DNA from: Chiloscyllium plagiosum
Taxonomy: Eukaryota
Assembly (NCBI RefSeq): GCF_004010195.1
Contig: NW_025215269.1
Coordinates: 23,606 to 59,621, forward strand
Direction: 5' to 3'
DNA length: 36,016 bases
This document shows positions 1 to 12,500 of the stretch, piece by piece. The stretch's first letter is position 1. Every line of letters begins with the position of its first letter. A program made the position numbers and the translations under genes. Under the pieces are notes generated by a model, which saw only the letters and a list, made by a program, of their open reading frames with translations, was not told the origin of the DNA and searched no databases.

Positions 1-360
1 CCAGGAGCAGTTACCCTCCCCACATGTAGGACTGTGTACACCACCCCAGTGCACTGATCTGTGAAACAGAAGCGGTTACAATCCCAGCATGTAGGAATCT
101 GTACTCCGCCCCAGTGCATTTATCTGTAAACCAGGAGTAGTTATCCTCCCAGCATCTAGCACTGGGTACCCCACACTAGTGCATTGATATGTAACCAAGG
201 AGCAGTTAACCTCCCAGAATGTAGAACTGTGTACACCACCCCAATGCATTGACCTGTAAACCAGGAGTACATACCTTCCCAGCATGTAGGACAGTGTACC
301 CCACTCCAGTGCATTGATCAGAAACCCAGAAGCAGTTACTCTCCCAGCATGTACGATTGT

Positions 361-579
361 GCACACCACCCCAGTGCATTGATCTGCAAACCAGGCGCAG
401 CTACTCTCCCAGCATGTTGAGCTTTGCACACCACCCCAGTGCATTGATCTGCAAACCAGGCGCAGCTACTCTCCCAGCATGTTGAGCTTTGCACACCACC
501 CCAGTGCATTGATCTGCAAACCAGGCGCAGCTACTCTCCCAGCATGTTGAGCTTTGCACACCACCCCAGTGCATTGATC
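361..579. repeat. Local run of 3 identical variant monomers within the satellite
   Basis: gcacaccaccccagtgcattgatctgcaaaccaggcgcagctactctcccagcatgttgagcttt repeated exactly at 361, 426 and 491, plus a partial fourth copy. Confidence 0.9.
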
Positions 580-1707
580 AGTAAACCTGGAGCAGTTACC
601 CTGGCAGGGTGTAGGACTGTGTACCCCCACTCATGTGCACTGATATGTAACCAAAGAGCAGTTACCATCAAAGCGTGTAGAACTGTGTGCACCACCCCAG
701 TACATTGATTTGGAAACCTGGAGCAGTTACCCTCCCAGCATGTAGAGCTGTGTCACCACCCAAATGCATTGATCTGTAACCCAGGAGCAATTACCCTCCC
801 GGCATGTAGGACTGTGTACACCACCCCAGTGCATTGATCTGTCAGCCAGGAGCAGTTACCCTCCCAAAATGTAGGACTGTGGACAACCACTCCAGTGCAT
901 TGCTCGGAAAACCAGGAGCAGTTACCATCTCAGCAATTAAGACCATGTACACCACTCCAGTGCATTGATCTGTAAACCAGGATCAGTTAAACTCCAAGCA
1001 TGTAGGACTTTGTACACGACTCCAGTGCATTGATCTGTAAACCAGGGTTTACCGACCCAGCATGTCGGACTGGGTACACCACCCCTGTGCATTGATCTGT
1101 AAACCAGGGTTTACCGACCCAGCATGTCGGACTGTGTACACCACCCCAGTGCATTGATCTGTAAACCAGGAACAGTTACCCTCCCAACACGTAGGATTTG
1201 TATCGCACCCCAGTGCACTGATCTTTAACCCAGGAGCAGTTACCCTCCCAGCATGTCGTACACTGTACTCCACCTCGGAACATTGATTTGTAAACCAGGA
1301 GCAGTTACACTCCCCGCATGTATGACTGTGTACACTACACCAGTGCATTGATCTGTAAACCAGGAGCAGTTACCGTCCCAGCATGTAGGACTGTGTACAC
1401 CACCACACCAGCGCATTGGTCTGTAAACAAGGAGCAGTTACCCTCCCAGCATGTAGGACTGTGTACACCACCCCAGTGCACTCATCGGTAAACAAGGAGC
1501 AGTTACCTTCCAAGCATGTAGGACTGTGTACACCACTTCATTGCATCGATCTGTAAGCCAGGAGCAGTTGCCCTCACCGCATATAGGACTGTGTACATCA
1601 CCCCATTACATTGATCTGTGAACCACGAGCAGTTACATTCCCTACATGAAGGATAGGGTACACCACCCCAGTGCATTGATCTGAAACCCTGGAGCATTAA
1701 CCACCGC

Positions 1708-2680
1708 NNNNNNNNNNNNNNNNNNNNNNNNNNNNNNNNNNNNNNNNNNNNNNNNNNNNNNNNNNNNNNNNNNNNNNNNNNNNNNNNNNNNNNNNNNNNN
1801 NNNNNNNNNNNNNNNNNNNNNNNNNNNNNNNNNNNNNNNNNNNNNNNNNNNNNNNNNNNNNNNNNNNNNNNNNNNNNNNNNNNNNNNNNNNNNNNNNNNN
1901 NNNNNNNNNNNNNNNNNNNNNNNNNNNNNNNNNNNNNNNNNNNNNNNNNNNNNNNNNNNNNNNNNNNNNNNNNNNNNNNNNNNNNNNNNNNNNNNNNNNN
2001 NNNNNNNNNNNNNNNNNNNNNNNNNNNNNNNNNNNNNNNNNNNNNNNNNNNNNNNNNNNNNNNNNNNNNNNNNNNNNNNNNNNNNNNNNNNNNNNNNNNN
2101 NNNNNNNNNNNNNNNNNNNNNNNNNNNNNNNNNNNNNNNNNNNNNNNNNNNNNNNNNNNNNNNNNNNNNNNNNNNNNNNNNNNNNNNNNNNNNNNNNNNN
2201 NNNNNNNNNNNNNNNNNNNNNNNNNNNNNNNNNNNNNNNNNNNNNNNNNNNNNNNNNNNNNNNNNNNNNNNNNNNNNNNNNNNNNNNNNNNNNNNNNNNN
2301 NNNNNNNNNNNNNNNNNNNNNNNNNNNNNNNNNNNNNNNNNNNNNNNNNNNNNNNNNNNNNNNNNNNNNNNNNNNNNNNNNNNNNNNNNNNNNNNNNNNN
2401 NNNNNNNNNNNNNNNNNNNNNNNNNNNNNNNNNNNNNNNNNNNNNNNNNNNNNNNNNNNNNNNNNNNNNNNNNNNNNNNNNNNNNNNNNNNNNNNNNNNN
2501 NNNNNNNNNNNNNNNNNNNNNNNNNNNNNNNNNNNNNNNNNNNNNNNNNNNNNNNNNNNNNNNNNNNNNNNNNNNNNNNNNNNNNNNNNNNNNNNNNNNN
2601 NNNNNNNNNNNNNNNNNNNNNNNNNNNNNNNNNNNNNNNNNNNNNNNNNNNNNNNNNNNNNNNNNNNNNNNNNNNNNNNN
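1708..2680. other. Assembly gap (N run)
   Basis: 973 consecutive n. Confidence 1.
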
Positions 2681-3531
2681 GCAGTTACCCTCTCAGCATG
2701 TAGGACTGTGTACATTACCGCAGTGCATTGATCTATAAACAAGGAGCAGATACCCTCCCAGCATGTAGGGCTGTGTACACCACTCCAGTGCACTCATCGG
2801 GAAACCAGGTGCAGTTACCTTCCAAGCATGTAGAACTGTGTACAGCACGTCAGTGTATCGATCTGCAAGCCAGGAGCAGTTGCCCTCACTGAATTTAGGA
2901 TTGTGTACACCACTCAAGTGCATTGATTTGTAAACCAGGAGCAGTTACCCTCCAAGTATGTCGGACTGTGTACCCTACCCCAATGCATTGATCTGAAAAC
3001 CAGAAGCAGTTACCCTCCAAGCATGTAGGACTGTGTACACCACCACAGTGCATTCGTCTGTAAACCAGCAGCAGTTACCCACCCAGCAGGTTGGACTGTG
3101 TACACCACCCCAGTGCATTGATCAGTAAACCATGAGCAGTTGCCCTCCCCGCATGTAAGACTGTGCACACCACCGCAGTGCATTGATCTGAAAACCAGGA
3201 GCAGTTCCCCTCCCCGCATGTAGGACTGTGTACACTACCACAGTGCATTGGTCTGTAAACCAGGAGCAGTTACCCTCCAAGTGTGTAGGACTGTGTACCC
3301 CACTCCACTGCATTGATCTGAAAACCAGGAGCAGTTACCCTCTTCGCATGTAGGACTGTGTACACCACCACAATGCATTGTTCTGTGAACCAGCAGCAGC
3401 TACCCACCCAGCATGTCGGACTGTTAACACCACCCCAGTGCATTGATCAGTAAACCAGCAGCAGTTACCCTCCCAGCATGTAAGACTCTGTACACCACCC
3501 CATTGCATTGATCTGAAAACCAGGAGCAGTT

Positions 3532-3590
3532 GACCTCAGGACTCCGGAACTCAATTCCTCTACCAATAAAAGCCAGTACGCCATATGCCT
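3532..3590 (-). mobile_element. Short internal CR1 LINE ORF2 fragment inserted in a satellite monomer
   Basis: Non-satellite sequence whose minus strand reads KAYGVLAFIGRGIEFRSPEV, the post-RT segment of CR1 ORF2; compare KKAFGVL in the CR1 copy near 32207. Confidence 0.85.
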
Positions 3591-6500
3591 TCCAAGTATG
3601 TAGGACTGTGTACCCTACCCCAATGCATTGATCTGAAAACCAGGAGCAGTTACCGTCCCAGTATGTAGGACTGTGTACTCCACTCCAGTGCATTGATCTG
3701 TAATCCAGGAGCAGTTCCCACGCCACCCCAGCAAGGACAACTGTGTACACCACCGCAGTCTATTGATCTGTAAACCAGTACCAGATACCCTCCCTGCATG
3801 TAGGACTGTGGACATCACCGCAGTGCATTGATCGGTAAAGCAAAAGCAGTTACCGTCCCTGCATGTAGGAATGTTTATACCACCCCAGTGCATTGATCTG
3901 AAAACCAGGAGCATTTACCCACCCCGCATGATGGACTGTGTACACCATCACAGTGCATTGGTCTGTAAGCCAGGAGCAGTTACGCTCCCTGCATGTAGGA
4001 CTGTGTACATCACCTCAATGCATTGATCTGCAAAGCAGGTACACTTACCGTCCCTGCATGTAGGACTGTGTACACCACTCCAGTGCATTGATCTGAAAAC
4101 CAGGAGCAGTTACCCTCGCTGCAAGTCGAACTGTGTACACCACCCCAGTGCATGGATCAGTAAACCAGACACCACCCTAGTGCATTGATCTGTAAAACAT
4201 GAGCAGTTGCCCTCCCAGTATGTAGAGATATGTACACTACCCCAGTGCATTGATCAGTAACCCAGGAGCAGTTACCCTCCCTGCATGTGGGACTGTGTAC
4301 ACAACCACAGTGCATTGACATATAAACCAGGAGCAATTACCCACACAGCATGTAGGACTGTGTACACCAACCCATTGCATTGATCTGTAAACCAGGAGCA
4401 GTTGCCCTCCCCGCATGTAGGACTGTGCACACCCCACCCCCAGTGCATTGGTCTGTAAACCAGGAGCAGATACCCTCCCAGCATGTAGGACTGTGTACAC
4501 CACCACACCAGTGCATTGGTCTGTAAACAAGGAGCAGTTACCCTCCCAGCATGTAGGACTGTGTACACTACCCCAGTGCATTAGTCTGTAAACCAGGAGC
4601 AGTTACCCTCCCTGCATGTAGGACTGTGTACACCACCACACCAGTGCATTGGTCTGTAAACAAGGAGCAGTTACCGTCCCAGCATGTAGGACTGTGTACA
4701 CTACCCCAGTGCATTAGTCTGTAAACCAGGAGCAGTTACCCTCCCTACATGTAGGACTGTGTACACTACCCCAGTGCATTAGTCTGTAAACAAGGAGCAG
4801 TTACCCTCCCAGCATGTAGGACTGTGTACACTACCCCAGTGCATTGGTCTGTGAACCAGCAGCAGTTACCCACCCAGCATGTCGGACTGTGTACACGACC
4901 CCAGTGCATTGATCTGTAAACCATGAGCAATTGCCCTCCCAGCATGTAGAGATATGTACACCACCCCAGTGCATTGATCAGTAAACCAGCAGCAGTTACC
5001 CTCCCCGCATGGAGGACGGTGTACACTAACCCAGTGCATTGATCAGTAACCCAGGAGCAGTTACCCTCCCTGCATGTCGGACTGTGTACACTATCCCAGT
5101 GCTTTGATCTGTAAACCAGGAGCAGTTACCCTCCCTGCATGTACAATTCTGAACACCACCACAGTGCATTAATATGTAAACCAGGAGCAGTTACCCACAA
5201 AGCATGTCGGACTGTGTACACCACCCCAGTGCATTGATCTGTAAACCATGAGCAGTTGCCCTCCCCGCATGTAGGACTGTTCACACCACCCCAGTGCATT
5301 GATCTGAAAACCAGGTGCAGTTACACTCCCCGCATGTAGGTCTGTGTACACCAACACAGTGCATTGGTCTGTAAACCAGGAGCAGTTACCCTCCCTGCAT
5401 GTAGGACTGTGTACATCAACTCAATGCATTGATCTGTAAAGCAGGAACAGTTACCGTCCCTGCATGTAGGACTGTGAACACCACTCCAGTGTATTGATCT
5501 GTAAACCAGGAGCAGTTACCCTCCAAGTATATAGGATTGCGTACCCCAGCCCACTGCATTGATCTGAAAACCAGGAGCAGTTACTCTCCCCGCATGTATG
5601 ACTATGCACATCACCAGAGTGCATTGATCTGTAAAGCAGGAGCAGTTACCCTCCCTGCATGTAGGACAGTGTACACCACCACAGTGCGTTGATCTGTGAA
5701 CCAGGAGCAGTTACCCTCCCAGCATGTAGGGCTGTGTACCCCACCCCAGTGTATTGATCTGTGAACCAGGAGTAGTTATCCTTCCAGCATGTAGGACTGT
5801 GTACCCTATCCCAGTGCATTGGTCTGTAAACCAGGAGCAGTTAGCCTTCCAGCATGTAGGACAATGTATACCACCCCAGTGCATTCGTCTGTAAACCAGG
5901 AGCAGTTTCCGCGCCCTCACAGCATGTGCAACTGTGCAAACCACCCCAGCCTCTTGATCTGTAAACCAGGAGCAGTTACCCACCCTGCAAGTCGGACTGT
6001 ATACACCACCCCAGTGCATGGATCAGGAAACCAGCAGCAGTTACCCACGCAGCATGTCGGACTCTGTACACCACCCCATTGCATTGATCTGTAAACAATG
6101 AGCAGTTGCCCTCCTCGCATATAGGAGTGTGCACACCACCCCAGTGCATTGATCTGAAAACCAGGAGCATTTACCCTCCCCGCATGTAGGACTGTGTACA
6201 CCATCACAGTGCATTGGTCTGTAAACCAGGAGCAGTTACGCTCCGTGCATGTAGGACTGTGCACATCACCGCAATGCATTGATCTGTAAAGCAGGAACAC
6301 TTACCGTCCCTGCATGTAGGACTGTGTACACCACTCCAGTGTATTAATCTGTAAACCAGGAGCAGTTACCCACCAAGTATGTAGGACTGTGTACCCCACC
6401 CCACTGCATTGATCTGAAAACCAGGAGCAGTTACCCTCCCCGCATGTAGGACTGTGTACACCACCACAGTGCATTGGTCTGTAAACCAGCGGCAGTTACC

Positions 6501-9500
6501 CACCCAGCATGTCGGACTGTGTACACCACCCCAGTGCATTGATCTGTAAACAATGAGCAGTTGCACTCCCAGCATGTAGAGATATGTTCACCACCCCAGT
6601 GCATTGATCAGTAAACCAGCAGCAGTTACCCTACCTGCGTGTAGGACTGTGTACACTACCCCAGTGCATTGTTCCGTAACCCAGGAGCAGTTACCCTCCC
6701 TGCATGTGGGACTATGTACACTACCCCAGTGCATTGATCTGTAAACCAGGAGCAGTTGCCCTCCCCGCACGTAGGACTGTGTACACCACCACAGTGCATT
6801 GGTCTGTAAACCAGGAGCAGTTACCCTCCCTGCATGTAGGACTGTGTACCCACCCCAGTGCATTGATATGTAAAATAGGAGCAGTTACCCTTCCTGCATG
6901 CAGGACTGTATACACCACCCAAGTGCATTGATCTGTAAACCAGGAGCAGTTACCGTCCCTGCAGGTAGGACTGTGTACACTACGCCAGTGCATTGAGCTC
7001 TAACCCAGGAGCAGTTACCCTCCCTGCATATAGGACTGTGTACACTACCCCAGTGCATTGATCTGTAAACCAGGAGCAGTTACCCTTCCTGCATGCAGGA
7101 CTGTGTTCTCCACCCCAGTGCATTGATTTGTAATCCAGCAGCAGTTTCCGGGCCCCCACAGCATGTGCACTGTGTAAACCAGCCCAGTCTATTGATCTGT
7201 AAACCAGGAGCAGATACCCTCCCAGCATGTAGGACTGTCTACACCATCACAGTGCATTGGTCTGTAAACAAGGAGCAGTTACCCTCCCAGCATGTTGGGC
7301 TGTGTACATCACCCCAGTGCATTGATCTGTAAGCAAGGAGCAGTTACCCTCCCAGCATGTAGGACTGTGTACATCACCCCAGTGCATTGATCTGTAAACA
7401 AGGAGCAGTTACCCTCCCAGCATGTAGGGCTGTGTACTCCACTCCAGTGCACTCATCGGTAAACCAGGCGCAGTTACCTTCCAAGCATGTAGGACTGTGT
7501 ACACCACCTCAGTGCATCGATCTGTAAGCCACGAGCAATTGCCCTCACTGAATTTAGGACTGTGTTAATCGCCCCAGTAAATTGATCTGTGAACCAGGAG
7601 CAGTTACATTCCCAACATGAAGGATTGGCTACACCACACCAGTGCATTGATCTGAAACCCTGGAGCATTAACCACCCCTCCCCCCACAGCGTGTAGAGCT
7701 GTGTACGCCACCCCAGTGCATTGATCTGTAAAGCAGCAGCAGTTTCCCTGCTCGCATGTAGGACTGTGTACACCAACCCAGTGCATTGGTCGGTAAACCA
7801 GGAGCAGTTATCCTTCCTGCATGCAGGACTGTGTACTCCACCCCAGTGCATTGGACTGTAAACCAGGAGCAGTTTCTGCGCCCTTACAGTATGTGCAACT
7901 GTGTAAACCACCCCAGCCTCTTGATCTGTAAACCAGGAGCAGATACCCTCCCAGCATGTAGGACTGTCTACACCACCACAGTGCATTTATCTGTAAACCA
8001 GGAGCAGTTACCGTCGCAGTATGTAGGACCGTGTACACCACTCCAGTGCATTGATCTGTAAACCAGGAGCAGTTACCCTCCAAGTATGTAGGACTGTGTA
8101 CCCCACCCCACAGCATTGATCTGAAAAACAGGAGCAGTTACTCTCCCTGCATGTAGGACTGTGCACATTACCAGAGTGCATTGATCTGTAAAGCAGGAGC
8201 AGTTCCCGTCGCTGCATGTCGGACAGTGTACACCACCACAGTGCATTGATCTGAAAACCAGGAGCAGTTATCCATCCAGCTTGTAGGACTCTGTGCACCA
8301 CACCAGTGCATTGATCTGAAAACCAGGAGCAGTTACCCACCCTGCAAGTCGGACTGTATACACCACCCCAGTGCATGGATCAGTAAACCAGCAGCAGTTA
8401 CCCACGCAGCATGTAGGAGTGTGCACACCCCCCCAGTGCATTGATCTGTAAACCATGAGCAGTTGCCCTCCCCGCATGTAGGAGTGTGCACACCACCCCA
8501 GTGCTTTGCTCTGAAAACCAGGAGCATTTACCCTCCCCGCTTGTCGGAATGTGTACACCATCACAGTGCATTGGCCTGTAAACCAGGAGCAGTTACGCTC
8601 CCTGCATGTAGGACTGTGTACATCACCTCAATGCATTGATCTGTAAAGCAGGAACACTTACCGTCCCTGCATGTAGGACTGTATACACCACTCCAGTGTA
8701 TTGATCTGTAAATCAGGAGCAGTTACCCACCAAGTCTGTAGGACTGTGTACCCCACCCCACTGCATTGAACTGAAAACCAGGAGCAGTTTCCCTCCCCGC
8801 ATGTAGGACTGTGTACACCACCACAGTGCATTGATCTGTAAACCAGCAGCAGTTACCCACCCAGCATGTCGGACTGTGTACACCACCCCAGTGCATTGAT
8901 CTGTAAACAATGAGCTGTTGCACTCCCAGCATGTAGAGATATGTACACCACCCCAGTGCATTGATCAGTAAACCAGCATCAGTTACCCTACCTGCATATA
9001 GGACTGTGTACACTACCCCAGTGCATTGTTCCGTAACCCAGGAGCAGTTACCCTCCCTGCATGTGGGACTATGTACACTACCCCAGTGCGTTGATCTGTA
9101 AACCAGGAGCAGTTACCGTCCCTGCATGTACGACTGTGCACACCACCCGAGTGCATTGATTTGTAAACCAGGAGCAGTTACCCACACAATATGTCGGACT
9201 GTGTACACCACCCCATTTTTTTGATCTGTAAACCATGAGCAGTTGGCCTCCCCGCATGTAGGACTGTGCACACCACCCCAGTGCATTGATCTGAAATCCA
9301 GGAGCAGTTGCCCTCCCCGCATGTAGGACTGTGTACACCACCACAGTGCATTGGTCTGTAAACCAGCAGCAGTTACCCACCCAGCATGTCGGACTGTGTA
9401 CACCACCCCAGCTCATTGATCAGTAAACCAGCAGCAGTTAACTTCCCTGCATGTAGGACTGGGTACACCGCCCCAGTGCATTGATATGTAAAATAGGAGC

Positions 9501-12500
9501 AGTTACCCTTCCTGCATGCAGGACTGTGTATACCACCCAAGTGCATTGATCTGGAAACCAGTAGCAGTTACCCTCCCTGCATGTAGGACTGTGTATACTA
9601 CCCCAGAGCATTGATCTGAAAACCAGGAGCAGTTATGCTTCCAGCATGTAGGACTGTGTAAACCACCCCAGTCTATTGATCTGTAAACCAGGAGCAGATA
9701 CCCTGCCAGCATGTAGGACTGTCTACACCACCACATTGCATTGATCTGTAAACCAGGAGCAGTACCGTCCCAGCATGTAGGACTGTGTACACCACCACAC
9801 CAGTGCATTGGACTGTAAACAAGGAGTAGTTACCCTCCCAGCATGTAGGACTGTGTACATCACCCCAGTGCATTGATCTGTAAACAAGGAGCAGCTAGCC
9901 TCCCAGCATGTAGGACTGTGTACATCACCCCAGTGCATTGATCTGTAAACAAGGAGCAGTTACCCTCCCAGCATGTAGGACTGTGTACATCACCCCAGTG
10001 CATTGATCTGTAAACAAGGACCAGTTACCCTCCCAGCATGTAGGGCTGTGTACACCACTCCAGTGGACTCATCGGTAAACCAGGAGCAATTACCTTCCAA
10101 GCATGTAGGACTGTGTACACCACCTCGGTGCATCGATATGTAAGCCAGGAGTAGTTGCCCTCACTGCATTTAGGACTGTGTTAATCGCCCCAGTACATTG
10201 ATCTGTGAACCAGGAGCAGTTACATTCCCTACATGAGGGATTGGCTACACCACACCAGTGCATTGATCTGAAACACTGGAGCATTAACCCCCCACCACCC
10301 CCCGCCCCCACCCACAGCGTGTAGAGCTGTGTACGCCACCCCAATGCATTGATCTGTAAACCAGCAGCAGTCTCCCTGCCCGCATGTAGGACTGCGTACA
10401 CCCCCACAGTGCATTGGTCTGTAAACCAGGAGCAGTTAGCCTTCCTGCATGGAGGTCTGTGTGCACCACTCAAATGCATTGATCTGTAACCCAGGAGCAA
10501 TTAGCCTCCCAGCAAGTAGGACTGTGTACACCACCCCAGTGCGTTGATCTGTGAACCAGGAGCAGTTACCCTCCCAGCATGTAGGACTGTGTACCCGACC
10601 CCAGTGCATTGGTCTCTAAACCAGGAGCAGTTACCCTTCCTGCATGCAGGACTGTGTACACCATCCAGTGCATTGGACTGTAAACCAGGAGCAGTTACCC
10701 TCCCTGCATGTAGGACAGTGTACACCACCACAGTGCGTTGATCTGTGAACCAGGAGCAGTTACCCTCCCAGCATGTTGGACTGTGTACCCTACCCCAGTG
10801 CATTGATCTGTAAACCAGGAGATGTTATCCTTCCAGCATGGAGGACTGTGTATACCACCCCAGTGCATTGATCTGTAAACCAGGAGCAGTTTCCGCGCAC
10901 TTACAGCATGTGCAACTGTGTAAACCACCCAAGCCTCTTGATCTGTAAACCAGGAGCAGATACCCTCCCAGCATGTCGGACTGTCTACACCACCACAGTG
11001 CATTGATCTGCAAACCAGGAGCAGTTACCGTCGCAGTATGTAGGACTGTGTACAACACTCCAGTGCATTGATCTGTAAACCAGGAGCCGTTACCCTCCAA
11101 GTATGTAGGACTGTGTACCCCACCCCACTGCATTGACCTGAAAACCAGAAGCAGTTACTCTCGCTGCAGGTAGGACTGTGCACATCAACAGAGTGTATTG
11201 GTCTGTAAAGCAGGAGCAGTTACCGTCCCTGCATGTAGGACTCTTTACACCACCCCAGTGCATTGATCTGAAAACCAAGAGCAGTTATCCACCCTGCAAG
11301 TCGGACTGTGTACACCACCCCAGTGCATGGATCAGTAAACCAGCAGCAGTTACCCACGCAGCATGTAGGAGTGTGCACACCACCCCAGTGCATTGATCTG
11401 AAAACCAGGAGCAGTTATCCACCCAGCTTGTAGGACTCTGTGCACCACACCAGTGCATTGATCTGAAAACCAGGAGCAGTTACCCACCCTGCAAGTCGGA
11501 CTCTGTACACCACCCCAGTGCATTGATCTGTAAACCATGAGCAGTTGACCTCCCCGCATGTAGGAGTGTGCACACCACCCCAGTGCATTGATCTGAAAAC
11601 CAGGAGCATTTACCCTCCCCGCATGTAGGACTGTGTACACCATAACAGTGCATTGGTCTGTAAACCAGGAGCAGTTACCCACCCAGCATGTCGGACTGTG
11701 TACACCACCCCAGTGCATTGATTTGTAAACAATGAGCAGTTGCCCTCCCAGCATGTAGAGATATGTACACCACCCCAGTGCATTGATCAGTAAACCAGCA
11801 GCAGTTACCCTACCTGCATGTAGGACTGTGTACACTACCCCAGTGCATTGTTCCGTAACCCAGGAGCAGTTACCCTCCCTGCATGTGGGACTATGTACAC
11901 TACCCCAGTGCATTGATCTGTAAACCAGGAGCAGTTACCCTCCCTGCATGTACGACTGTGCACACCACCCGAGTGCATTGATATGTAAACCAGGAGCAGT
12001 TACCCACCCAGCATGTCGGACTGTGTACACCACCCCAGTTCATTGATCAGTAAAACAGCAGCAGTTACCTTCCCTGCATGTAGGACTGTGTACACTACCC
12101 CAGTGCATTTATCTGCATCCCAGGAGCAGTTACCCTCCCTGCATGTAGGACTGTGTACACTACCCCAGTGCATTGATCTGTAAACCAGGAGCAGTTACCC
12201 TCCCTGCATGTAGGACTGTGTACACCACCCCAGTGCACTGATCTGTGAAACAGAAGCAGTTACCCTCCCAACATTTAGAACTCTGCACTCTACCGCAGTG
12301 CATTCACCTGTAAACCAGGAATAGTTACCCTCCCAGCATGTAGGACCGGGTACCGCACACTAGTGCATTGATATGTAACCAAGGAGCAGTTAAACTCCCA
12401 GAATGTAGAACTGTGTACACCATCCCACTGCATTGACTTGTAAACCAGGAGCACTTACAACTCTCAGCACGTAGGACTGTGTACCACCAACTCATGGCAT

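Noticed and set aside
1642..2793. 383-aa ORF, and the X-containing ORFs at 26647-26983
   Set aside because: Artefacts of reading through N gaps.
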